From IMG/VR virus record IMGVR_UViG_3300043778_000098, positions 15,504-79,503 of that record: a stretch of DNA of 64,000 nt, one strand, 5' to 3'. A program made the translations under genes and the position numbers. The notes under the pieces were generated by a model that was given only the letters and a program-made list of their open reading frames with translations, was not told where the DNA came from and did no database searches. Of the stretch, positions 29,578-37,202 are shown in pieces (position 1 is the stretch's first letter; every line of letters starts with the position of its first letter). The DNA is from a virus.

Positions 29578-30113
29578 CAGAACCCGCTCTCCTCGAAGAC
29601 CCAGGGGCCGTCGCCGCGCTTGACGCACCGGTCCGACATCTGCCGGTGCCGGTCGCACAGCGGCGGCCGGGCGGCGGCGTCCTTCGCCTTCAGCGGCACC
29701 TGCTCGCCGCAGGGCGAGTCCTCGCGGGAGCCCGGCCCGATGCAGACGACGACCAGGATGTCGTCCTCGCTGGGGGAGTCGATCACCTCGCGGGCGGCGG
29801 TCTCCTGCGCCCTCATCCGGTCCCGGAAGGCGCTGGTCTGGCGGCTCATCGCCTGGACGACGACCGGGTGGTCCTCGCCCTCGATGACCTTCAGGACCCC
29901 CTTGCGGAGCGCCTGCTGGAACGAGATGGTGCGCAGCAGGGCGTCCGGGATGGGCTGGACGTCGTTCCCGTCGGGGTCGTCCTTCCCGGCGAAGATAGTC
30001 TCGTAGTTGCGCTTGGCGTCGGCGGCGATGACGGTCGGCCCGGCCATCTGGTTCTGGCACATGACGGCCAGGGCGTCGCCGGGTGTGGGTGATGCGGCAT
30101 CCATGATGGTCAC
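29577..30113 (-). CDS. Structural-region protein with C-terminal Zn site
   Basis: SD AGGAGG. Confidence 0.55.
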   Translation of the reverse strand: MTIMDAASPTPGDALAVMCQNQMAGPTVIAADAKRNYETIFAGKDDPDGNDVQPIPDALLRTISFQQALRKGVLKVIEGEDHPVVVQAMSRQTSAFRDRMRAQETAAREVIDSPSEDDILVVVCIGPGSREDSPCGEQVPLKAKDAAARPPLCDRHRQMSDRCVKRGDGPWVFEESGF

Positions 30114-30147
30114 GTTTGATCCTCCTAAGCCTTCCGTGGCGCGGCGG

Positions 30148-30474
30148 TCAGCCCAGCACGAGCCACGCCACCGTGGAGGCGTCGGTGGCCGAGGAGGAGG
30201 CGATGGTGAAGCCGCCGCCGGGGCTGACGGACGGCACCGACAGGTGGCCGAGGGTCCCCGACGGGGTCATGCGGGACACCAGGACGGGCGACCCCGAGGT
30301 CACCGACGCGGCGCTCACGCTGACGCTGCCGCCGGACAGGGTCGCCTTCCCCCACTGCACGGAGGGCAGGGCGTCCAGCTGGGCGGCCATCGCGGTCAGG
30401 ACGTCGGAGATGGCGTTGTGCGCGGCCACGTGGCCGGTCTGGCCGGGGGCGGCGTTGTCAGGCGGGATGGTCAC
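30148..30474 (-). CDS. Virion protein
   Basis: SD AGGAGG; N-terminus shared with 19030-19458. Confidence 0.55.
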   Translation of the reverse strand: MTIPPDNAAPGQTGHVAAHNAISDVLTAMAAQLDALPSVQWGKATLSGGSVSVSAASVTSGSPVLVSRMTPSGTLGHLSVPSVSPGGGFTIASSSATDASTVAWLVLG

Positions 30475-30528
30475 GGGTCGCCTCCTCACCGCTTCCGGGG
30501 GGAGGCCTCAACGGCGGGAACATCAGGG

Positions 30529-30602
30529 CGGGGCTGGCCAGATTCGAACTGGCGACAACCCGCTTAGGAGGCGGGTGCTCTATCCGGCTGAGCTACAGCT
30601 CC
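30529..30602 (-). tRNA. tRNA-Arg(CCT)
   Basis: cccgc-ctCCTaa-gcggg. Confidence 0.9.
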
Positions 30603-30603
30603 A

Positions 30604-30678
30604 TGGAGGCGGTAACCAGAGTCGAACTGGTGTGACGCGCTTTGCAGGCGCGGGCCTGGGCCGCTCGGCCATACCGCC
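30604..30678 (-). tRNA. tRNA-Cys(GCA)
   Basis: cgcgc-ctGCAaa-gcgcg; encoded CCA. Confidence 0.9.
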
Positions 30679-30890
30679 GGGTAACTGGGCGCCTCCCCGT
30701 CCTATCCGCCGGGCGGTGCCCGGTTCTCCCTTCGTCCGGCCGTTCATGGTTCGGGGACTGGTCAGGGGGCTGTTGTAACCGGGTTTGGATCCCCGGCGAC
30801 CTGGGAGGCGCAACCGCCCAGGCTACTCTCGGCAGGAGGCCGGCAGGGGGCTTAGCCCGAAGGCGGTGTAAGCCTGCTCGCCTGCCGGCC

Positions 30891-30965
30891 TGGCGTCCCC
30901 AACAGGACTCGAACCTGTGCGCGCGGCTCCGGAGGCCGCAGCTCTATCCGCTGAGCTATGAGGAC
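30891..30965 (-). tRNA. tRNA-Arg(CCG)
   Basis: gcggc-ctCCGga-gccgc. Confidence 0.9.
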
Positions 30966-31045
30966 CCGGCATAGCCAGGCAGGGACCGCGCAGACTCCAG
31001 GAGACCCTGCGGGCGGCGGGCGCCATTTAGTTCCCTGCCCGGCCG

Positions 31046-31126
31046 AGGCGGCACCAGGTGTCGAGCCTGGTCTGTCGGAGACAACGGTTTTACGGACCGC
31101 CGGGCGTGCCGCCGCCCACTACCGCC
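31046..31126 (-). tRNA. Atypical tRNA-Tyr(GTA)
   Basis: gcggt-ccGTAaa-accgt; variable arm; altered T loop; U73. Confidence 0.6.
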
Positions 31127-31233
31127 ATGTAGACGATGAGCACACCGGGCGCGAGGCCGGCGATCTCCAGCTCCGCGAGAGCGTTAAATCCGGCTGCGCT
31201 GGCGTGCTGCGTATTGCACTATGCTCACCGCCG

Positions 31234-31306
31234 AGGGTCGCACGGGATTCGAACCCGTCAATAACGGCCTCACAAACCGCTGCCTCAGCCACTTGGCTCG
31301 CGACCC
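31234..31306 (-). tRNA. tRNA-His(GTG)
   Basis: gcggt-ttGTGag-gccgt. Confidence 0.8.
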
Positions 31307-31308
31307 GG

Positions 31309-31380
31309 TGCCCGATGGGGGACTCGAACCCCCGGCATCCTCGGTGTGGGCGAGGCGCTCTCCCGCTGAGCTAACCGGAC
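31309..31380 (-). tRNA. tRNA-Val(CAC)
   Basis: cctcg-ccCACac-cgagg. Confidence 0.85.
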
Positions 31381-31490
31381 ATGGGGCAGGGAAAGGGACT
31401 ACTCGGCCGGCCTCGCCTTTCGTCCCCGGGCGTTCCTTCCCGACGGCTGACCACGTGTTTCGGCACGCTCCGGCCTTACTCCCTGCCTTG

Positions 31491-31562
31491 TGCGCCCGGA
31501 GGGAATCGAACCCCCACACACGGTTCCGTAGACCGCAGCTCTATCCGTTGAGCTACGGGCGC
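31491..31562 (-). tRNA. tRNA-Arg(ACG)
   Basis: gcggt-ctACGga-accgt. Confidence 0.9.
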
Positions 31563-31597
31563 GTACTGGGGCGGCCCGGCTGCGCAGCCGGGCCGCT

Positions 31598-31675
31598 AAG
31601 GGCAGGCGGGACTCGAACCCGCATGCGTGGTCTGACATACCGCGCGTCAACGTCTGCCGATTTCGCCACTACCCT
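31598..31675 (-). ncRNA. tRNA-like RNA with Leu-type D arm and ambiguous anticodon (GTC?)
   Basis: Acceptor stem and canonical T arm present; irregular middle section. Confidence 0.55.
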
Positions 31676-31679
31676 CCCG

Positions 31680-31751
31680 TGGGCGTACCTGGATTTGAAC
31701 CAGGGACCTCTTCCGTGTCGGGGAAACGCGCTTCCGCTGCGCCACACGCCC
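31680..31751 (-). tRNA. tRNA-Val(GAC)
   Basis: tttcc-ccGACac-ggaag. Confidence 0.85.
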
Positions 31752-31930
31752 ATCGATCGCCGCCTGTTCAGTCTCAGGTCCGTCCCGTGGGATGCGAGCC
31801 CCGGTTGCGCCGGGGAGTCGCGGCGATCATGCCCGGGGATTCGGAGAACCTTGTCCCGGATCGATCCAGGAACGCGCCGCCCGGTCGGCGCATATGCAGG
31901 ACTCTAGCAACAAAAGCTGTCTTCGTCCAG

Positions 31931-32006
31931 CGGTCGAGACGGGATTCGAACCCGCGATGCCCTCCTTGACGGGGAGGTGGGGACGGCCAGGCTCCCCTAC
32001 ACGACC
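31931..32006 (-). tRNA. tRNA-Asp(GTC)
   Basis: cctcc-ccGTCaa-ggagg. Confidence 0.85.
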
Positions 32007-32094
32007 ATTGACGCCGATATTTCGGGTCCCCGGTTTCCCGTGCTATCGGAGCACGGGACCTGAGGCCGCGTTCTTCGCCTCGGCGCGGGCGAAG

Positions 32095-32166
32095 CTCCGG
32101 AGTTCAGACTCGAACTGAAAACCCTCCGCTTAACGGGCGGACGCTCTGCCATTGAGCTACACCGGA
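32095..32166 (-). tRNA. tRNA-Asn(GTT)
   Basis: tccgc-ccGTTaa-gcgga. Confidence 0.85.
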
Positions 32167-32341
32167 TCGCCCCCTCTCGCGGCCCCGCAGCGAGGGGGAG
32201 GCTGCGCTCAGGCGCCGGAGTGACGGCTCCGGCCGGGCCTTCCCTTTCGAGGCGTCGGCAGGGTGGGCCGACTGGAACCTCCCGCTGGCGAACAAGACCC
32301 AATACGACCCGGGCGTAAAGGAGCCAGCCGGGAATGCCTCG

Positions 32342-32409
32342 CGGACGAGGCGGGACTCGAACCCGCCGGCTCCCCGAGGGGTCTCGGTTGCGCCCGTGCC
32401 TACTCGCCT
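32342..32409 (-). ncRNA. tRNA-like RNA with 4-nt anticodon loop
   Basis: Intact T arm and acceptor stem; ccgag-accc-ctcgg. Confidence 0.5.
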
Positions 32410-32410
32410 T

Positions 32411-32487
32411 TGGTGGCGGGGGCAGGATTCGAACCTGCGTTCTTCGGATTATGAGTCCGACGAGCTACCGAACTGCTCCACCCCGCG
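32411..32487 (-). tRNA. Initiator tRNA-fMet(CAT)
   Basis: CGCGGGG 5' end; C1:A72 mismatch; encoded CCA. Confidence 0.9.
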
Positions 32488-32519
32488 CCGCCAGCCCAGC
32501 CTAGCATCGTCTGGCTCTG

Positions 32520-32592
32520 CTCCCCCAGCGAGATTCGAACTCGCGCCCTCGCCTTGAAGGGGCGGTGACCTGGGCCGCTAGTCAATGGGGGC
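32520..32592 (-). tRNA. tRNA-Glu(TTC)
   Basis: ccgcc-ccTTCaa-ggcga. Confidence 0.8.
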
Positions 32593-32671
32593 GGGCTGCT
32601 CACCGGGAGGGCGGATGCCACAGACTGTGCTCGCACCCCCTGGCCAGGGAGCCCCTCCCGGTGAGCAGACG

Positions 32672-32746
32672 TAGCCCCGACCGGCTTCGAACCGGCGTCG
32701 CCGCCTTGAGAGGGCGGTGTCCTGAGCCTGACTAGACGACAGGGCC
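32672..32746 (-). tRNA. tRNA-Glu(CTC)
   Basis: ccgcc-ctCTCaa-ggcgg. Confidence 0.9.
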
Positions 32747-32833
32747 GTGGTCCGGCGGCTTGACCGACCGCACGGGGAGGGCCCGGGGCTAGCACCCGGG
32801 TCCACGGAGCCCGTCTTAAGTGGGCCAGTCTCG

Positions 32834-32908
32834 CGCGCCGAGAGGGATTCGAACCCCCAGCACAGGGCTTAGAAGACCCTGGGTCTGTCCGATTGACTGT
32901 ACCGGCGC
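32834..32908 (-). tRNA. tRNA-Arg(TCT)
   Basis: agggt-ctTCTaa-gccct. Confidence 0.8.
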
Positions 32909-32911
32909 TCA

Positions 32912-33035
32912 GTTCGGTGCTGGTGTGCTGCTACGCCGAAGGCCTCAGGTCTTTCACCCGGCGTCGGATTCGGCCGGCCCCTATCGCCACTCCTTAGAGG
33001 ATGGCTGCCTTTAAGCCAACCTTCCAGCACCGGAC
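32912..33035 (-). ncRNA. ncRNA mimicking 23S rRNA H43-H44 (L11-binding domain)
   Basis: GCUGGAAGGUUGGCUUAAAGGCAGCCAUCCUCUAAGGAGUG...CGUAGCAGCACACCAGC, closed by a 12-bp stem. Confidence 0.75.
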
Positions 33036-33241
33036 GGGCCGCCCGGATCCCCGGCCGTCCGCTCACAGGTTAGCAGCGCTGCCCTCTGGGCTACCGGCGC
33101 CTGTCATCCCACCACCGGAGGGCGGGGAACCTGAACGCCAGTCTGCACCCCCACTCGCCGCGAGCGTGCCATTCGCCGCCCTCCCGGAGGGGGATCTGGT
33201 CCAGGGCCTCGTCCAGCAGCCAGAGCGCGATGCGCATGCTG

Positions 33242-33313
33242 TGCCTCCCCTGGGACTCGAACCCAGAATCCACGGATTAAAGGTCCGCTGCATTGTCATT
33301 GTGCTAGAGAGGC
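33242..33313 (-). tRNA. tRNA-Lys(TTT)
   Basis: gcgga-ccTTTaa-tccgt. Confidence 0.8.
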
Positions 33314-33316
33314 AGG

Positions 33317-33390
33317 TAGCGGTAAAGGGAATCGAACCCCTGGCCTCTCGAATTATGAGTTCGGCGCTCTGCCATCTGAGCTATACCGCC
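33317..33390 (-). tRNA. tRNA-Met(CAT), elongator (or Ile2)
   Basis: ccgaa-ctCATaa-ttcga. Confidence 0.8.
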
Positions 33391-33483
33391 GCGAATGGCC
33401 CTCGGACGTCCCTCGCAGCACCCCGGGCCGGGGCCCGGACCGCCGACCTGCCCGTCCGGTCGTACCCTCGCCCGACGGCCAAG

Positions 33484-33557
33484 TGGGCAACCATGGAGTT
33501 GAACCATGCGGCTAACCGCTTATCAGACGGTCCCCTTCACCGGTTGGGTAGCTGCCC
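33484..33557 (-). tRNA. tRNA-Ile(GAT)
   Basis: accgt-ctGATaa-gcggt. Confidence 0.8.
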
Positions 33558-33589
33558 TTATCGTTTCGCCCGGTACGCCGGGCGGTGAG

Positions 33590-33679
33590 CAGAGGGAGTG
33601 GGTCTCGAACCCACACGGGAGTTACCCCTGACCGCTTTCGAGGCGGCTGCCGGTAGGCCGAAGCTCGGCTTATCCCTCC
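33590..33679 (-). tRNA. tRNA-Ser(CGA)
   Basis: gccgc-ctCGAaa-gcggt; long variable arm. Confidence 0.8.
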
Positions 33680-33683
33680 AGGG

Positions 33684-33746
33684 TGGAACGTACGGGAGTC
33701 GGACCCGCCTTGCGCGCGCTGCACTGAGTCCGGTGCAATACGGCCC
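33684..33746 (-). ncRNA. Mini tRNA-like RNA lacking an anticodon arm
   Basis: Acceptor, D-like and T-like stems only. Confidence 0.45.
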
Positions 33747-34016
33747 ATGAGTGAAAACGACGAGATCAGGATGACCCTCACCGTCCGGGGGACCCGCGCG
33801 CCGCGCCTGGCCGCGCAGGCGGTCGTCAACCACGCGAAGCGCTCGCTGTTCCTGGTCGACGCGAAGCCCGGGGAGTTCGCCGCCGAGATCGAGATCTCCG
33901 TGGCGGGCGCCCCGTCGGAGCGCTCCCGGATCGACGAGCACGGGACCTGGCAGAGGGAGCGGGATTCGAACCCGCGAGGACCGGAGCCCCACGTCATTAG
34001 CGGTGACGCGCCATAG
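33747..34016 (+). CDS. Hypothetical protein antisense to the tRNA array
   Basis: Coding-like codon bias; 3' end overlaps tRNA-Ser(GCT). Confidence 0.45.
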   Translation: MSENDEIRMTLTVRGTRAPRLAAQAVVNHAKRSLFLVDAKPGEFAAEIEISVAGAPSERSRIDEHGTWQRERDSNPRGPEPHVISGDAP

Positions 34017-34036
34017 GCCAGCTAGGCGACCCCTCC
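33948..34036 (-). tRNA. tRNA-Ser(GCT)
   Basis: cgtca-ccGCTaa-tgacg; encoded CCA. Confidence 0.85.
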
Positions 34037-34141
34037 ATGACGCTGCTCCCCCGAGACGCCATTCACGGGGTGCGAGATGACCGGAAGCATCCTGGCGTCG
34101 GAGCCCGTTCACTCGGGGCCGTCGCAGCGCTGGCGGCCTTG

Positions 34142-34224
34142 TGGGCGAGGAGGGACTCGAACCCTCACGTCCTCGCGGACACCGGCACCTGAGGCCGGCG
34201 CGTATGCCGTTTCGCCACACGCCC
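34142..34224 (-). tRNA. tRNA-Leu(CAG)
   Basis: ccggc-ctCAGgt-gccgg. Confidence 0.9.
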
Positions 34225-34286
34225 ATCGCCCCGGCCGAGGCCGGGGATGCCGCACGGCGGCGCCTCCCGTGGGCGCTGCGGCAGGG

Positions 34287-34358
34287 AGCGGACAACGGGA
34301 CTCGAACCCGCGACGTCGTGCCTGGGAAGCACGTGCTCTGCCACTGAGCTACGTCCGC
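34287..34358 (-). tRNA. tRNA-Gly(CCC)
   Basis: cgtgc-ttCCCag-gcacg. Confidence 0.9.
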
Positions 34359-34418
34359 ATGCTCGGGCGCCCCTAGGAACGCTTACCCCGCGAGGGGGTG
34401 GCCGCCGAGCCGGCGCGG

Positions 34419-34492
34419 AGCGGCTGAGGGGACTCGAACCCCCGACCTAGACGTTGGCAACGTCTCGCGCTAGCCAGCTGCGCCACAACCGC
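34419..34492 (-). tRNA. tRNA-Gly(GCC)
   Basis: agacg-ttGCCaa-cgtct. Confidence 0.9.
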
Positions 34493-34493
34493 G

Positions 34494-34566
34494 AGCCCCA
34501 TTACGGAATCGAACCGTAGACCTCGGCCCTACCATGGCCGCGCTCTGCCGACTGAGCTAAAAGGGC
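34494..34566 (-). tRNA. tRNA-Thr(GGT)
   Basis: cggcc-atGGTag-ggccg. Confidence 0.9.
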
Positions 34567-34576
34567 GTGGATCCCG

Positions 34577-34647
34577 CTCCGGGAGCAGGGGTCGAACCTA
34601 CGTGACAGCCACCAAAGGGCTGCGTCCTGCCATTAGACGATCCCGGA
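34577..34647 (-). tRNA. tRNA-Gln(TTG)
   Basis: cagcc-ctTTGgt-ggctg. Confidence 0.85.
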
Positions 34648-34651
34648 CCGG

Positions 34652-34725
34652 AGCCGCCTGCCGGTTTCGAACCGGCGGCCTTCCGCTTACAAGGCGGTCG
34701 CTACTGCCATCTGAGCTAAGGCGGC
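34652..34725 (-). tRNA. tRNA-Thr(TGT)
   Basis: accgc-ctTGTaa-gcgga. Confidence 0.85.
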
Positions 34726-34729
34726 GAAA

Positions 34730-34893
34730 TGGAGCCGGGCCGGGGGCCTTGGCCGTACGCACCACGCGAAAGGTGCCCCCAACCGGATCGGACGGGCGTC
34801 CCCGCTACCCGCTTCCGGCGTCGCGCTCGCCCAACATCACGGGAGGCGCTCTATGCCAGGAGAATTCAGGCACCTTGAGCTACGGGAGGCTCC
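34730..34893 (-). ncRNA. About 160-nt structured RNA with tRNA-like 5' part
   Basis: ggagcc/ggctcc closing stem; TAGCTC...GAGC D stem with an inserted hairpin. Confidence 0.4.
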
Positions 34894-34933
34894 TGATCCC
34901 CCCGGCGGGCAGCCCAGGCCCGCATCTCCTCCC

Positions 34934-35021
34934 TGGTGTCCGAGACGGGACTTGAACCCGCACGCCCCTCGCGGGGCACCAGCACCTCAAGCTGGGGCGT
35001 CTGCCATTCCGCCACTCAGAC
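34934..35021 (-). tRNA. tRNA-Leu(GAG)
   Basis: ccagc-ttGAGgt-gctgg; encoded CCA. Confidence 0.9.
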
Positions 35022-35109
35022 GTAACCCGGCGCACCACCTCGCGACCAAGGCCCGCGACATGCATGCGCCGGAAGGGAACCCAGACGAAGCCGGCCTCTG
35101 GTTCCCGTG

Positions 35110-35182
35110 AGCCCCGAAACGGATTCGAACCGGTGACCTGCGCATTACGGGTGCGCCGCTCTTCCGACTGAGCTACCGGGGC
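35110..35182 (-). tRNA. tRNA-Thr(CGT)
   Basis: gcgca-ccCGTaa-tgcgc. Confidence 0.85.
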
Positions 35183-35231
35183 GGGAGGCTAACGTGGCGC
35201 TGGACTGCGCCTGAAGTCGCGTTAGCCGAAG

Positions 35232-35306
35232 CTGGGGTACCTGGGATCGAACCAGGGAACTCCGGGGCCAGAACCCGGCGACTTTGCCAACGTCATCCAT
35301 ACCCCA
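35232..35306 (-). tRNA. tRNA-Gln(CTG)
   Basis: ccggg-ttCTGgc-cccgg. Confidence 0.8.
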
Positions 35307-35311
35307 TTGAG

Positions 35312-35389
35312 TGGGCGAGGCAGGATTTGAACCCGCAACCCAACCCGTTTTGAGCGGGCCAGCTCTGCCGATATTGGACTCACTCGCCC
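35312..35389 (-). tRNA. tRNA-Leu(CAA) with short variable region
   Basis: gcccg-ctCAAaa-cgggt. Confidence 0.75.
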
Positions 35390-35423
35390 GTGCTCTACCT
35401 GACTCTGCCGAACTTTACTGGCG

Positions 35424-35496
35424 TGCGCCGCGAGGGACTTGAACCCCCAACTCCCGACTTAAGAGGACGGTACTCTGCCAATTGAGTTACCGGCGC
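35424..35496 (-). tRNA. tRNA-Lys(CTT)
   Basis: ccgtc-ctCTTaa-gtcgg. Confidence 0.85.
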
Positions 35497-35497
35497 G

Positions 35498-35571
35498 TGG
35501 AGCGGATGACCGGAATCGGACCGGCGTGGCCAGCTTGGAAGGCTGGTGCTCTGCCACTGAGCCACATCCGC
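35498..35571 (-). tRNA. tRNA-Gly(TCC)
   Basis: ccagc-ctTCCaa-gctgg; encoded CCA. Confidence 0.85.
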
Positions 35572-35855
35572 ATTAGCCTCCGGGGTCCTCGTCAGAGGCT
35601 CCTGGGCCGTCTTTGCGTGACGGCAGGTGGCGTGGCCGAGGCCGCCCGGAGGCGCCTTCCCGCCAGGCCCTTTACCACCAGGGGGAATCGAACCCATGGG
35701 GCCTGACTTGCGGGGTAGCGCTACCCCGCCGCGCGGCCCCGGGGACCGAACCCGGCCTTTCCCTCAGCGAGGAGGTAATCGGGCCCACCAGGGCGGCCGA
35801 TCGCCCCCGGGCCGCGTACCACGGGGGCGCCAGGCGGCGCCGTACGCCGCCGCCG

Positions 35856-35929
35856 TGGTCATGCCCTGGATCGAACAGGAGACCTGCCGCTTTTCAGGCG
35901 ACCGCTCGTTCCGACTGAGCTACATGACC
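35856..35929 (-). tRNA. tRNA-Phe(GAA)
   Basis: gtcgc-ctGAAaa-gcggc. Confidence 0.85.
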
Positions 35930-35993
35930 ATGACGAGGACCCCCGGCAGGGCGTGGCTCTTTCTGCCGCCGCACTTAGGCCATTGAGGTCCAG

Positions 35994-36108
35994 TGGCAAG
36001 GAGGGGGTCGAACCCTCGCTCGGATCAATTCGCCCGGTTCCGTGCCGCCCTCAACGGGCGGTGGTGCCGGGCAGCTTATCACCAGTGCACGCCGCACACC
36101 GCTTGCCG
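35994..36108 (-). ncRNA. tRNA-like RNA with greatly extended anticodon arm
   Basis: ggcaag/cttgcc acceptor stem; T arm; interrupted hairpin of about 65 nt. Confidence 0.55.
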
Positions 36109-36159
36109 CACACAGATAGCTGGCCTGTGCTCCAGCAGACCGCCGGCCGGACGGTCTCG

Positions 36160-36233
36160 TCGGGAAGGCCGGATTCGAACCGACGGCCTCTCGCACCCGA
36201 AGCGAGCGCGCTACCAAGCTGCGCCACTCCCCG
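36160..36233 (-). tRNA. tRNA-Pro(CGG)
   Basis: ctcgc-ttCGGgt-gcgag. Confidence 0.9.
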
Positions 36234-36236
36234 ATC

Positions 36237-36374
36237 GGGGTGCTCTTCCGCTGAGCTACCGTTGGCTTCCGCCGCCGGGCAGGATTCGAACCTGCGACCT
36301 CCCCTTGGCCAAGCTCTGTCCGCTGAGTTACCGGGCATAACCCCGGGCAGGATTCGAACCTGCGACCTCTGGCC
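36237..36374 (-). ncRNA. Two tandem circularly permuted tRNA-like units (YrlA-like topology)
   Basis: Each unit reads stem, T arm, loop-closed acceptor stem, D arm, stem. Confidence 0.65.
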
Positions 36375-36376
36375 GG

Positions 36377-36450
36377 TCGGAGTACCTGGACTTGAACCAG
36401 GGACCTCACGCTCCCCGAGCGTGCGCGCTGCCAACCTGCGCCATACTCCG
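36377..36450 (-). tRNA. tRNA-Pro(GGG)
   Basis: cacgc-tcGGGga-gcgtg. Confidence 0.85.
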
Positions 36451-36556
36451 GTGCGGCGCCGGGGTCGTGTCGCGATCACGCCCCGGGCACCTGCGCGATT
36501 CCGCCGGTCCAGCCGGTTTTCGCCTCGTCGCGCTATCGATACGCGGCCACTGCGTC

Positions 36557-36622
36557 TCCGGTTACCCCGAATCGAACGGGGGGCACCCCTTTCGAGGGCG
36601 CTGGTGGCCAGCCCTACCCGGA
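36557..36622 (-). ncRNA. Short tRNA-like RNA
   Basis: Acceptor stem; 3-nt D loop; ccccg-ttcgatt-cgggg T arm. Confidence 0.45.
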
Positions 36623-36637
36623 GCCGTGCGCCGAACG

Positions 36638-36710
36638 TCGGGGTGGCCGGTCTCGAACCGGCGACCTCCAGGTCCCAAACCTGGCGCGCTGCCAACTGCG
36701 CTACGCCCCG
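36638..36710 (-). tRNA. tRNA-Pro(TGG)
   Basis: ccagg-ttTGGga-cctgg. Confidence 0.9.
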
Positions 36711-36803
36711 TGGAGTGGTGAGTTGCTCCGGCCCGGGCGCTCGGATTCGCGCCGGGTGATGCCGGTTGCCTTGCGCCAGGCTGCCGTGCCTCGGCTCACC
36801 ACG

Positions 36804-36877
36804 TGGAGAAGATCGGATTCGAACCGACGACGCCCCGGTTGCGGGCCGGGTGCTCTACCAGACTGAGCTACATCCCC
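36804..36877 (-). tRNA. tRNA-Ala(CGC)
   Basis: cccgg-ccCGCaa-ccggg. Confidence 0.85.
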
Positions 36878-37129
36878 ATGACGCCAATGTGCCTGCGGTG
36901 CCCGCCGCTATCGGGACGGGCCGCGCTCCCCTACGGTTTACGAAAGCCTCCCGGCCACCGCAGGCACGGCGCTTGCCACTCGGACGCGGCCGATCCCGCG
37001 TCGCCGGGCGCTTATGTCCGGGGTACCCTCCCGGTCCGGGACAACCAGAAGCCGCAGGCACGATGTTCCACTAGCCTGCCGTCCCCGCTCCGCCGGGATC
37101 ATCTACGTTTCGCCCGGCTTATCCCAAAG

Positions 37130-37202
37130 TGGAGCCTAGGAGATTTGAACTCCTGACCTTCTGCATGCCATGCAGACGCGCTACCAGCTGCGCCAAGACC
37201 CC
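37130..37202 (-). tRNA. tRNA-Ala(GGC)
   Basis: tctgc-atGGCat-gcaga. Confidence 0.9.

Noticed and set aside
32912-33035. rRNA gene or contamination
   Set aside because: Only one domain, with compensatory changes and an insertion, flanked by phage tRNAs
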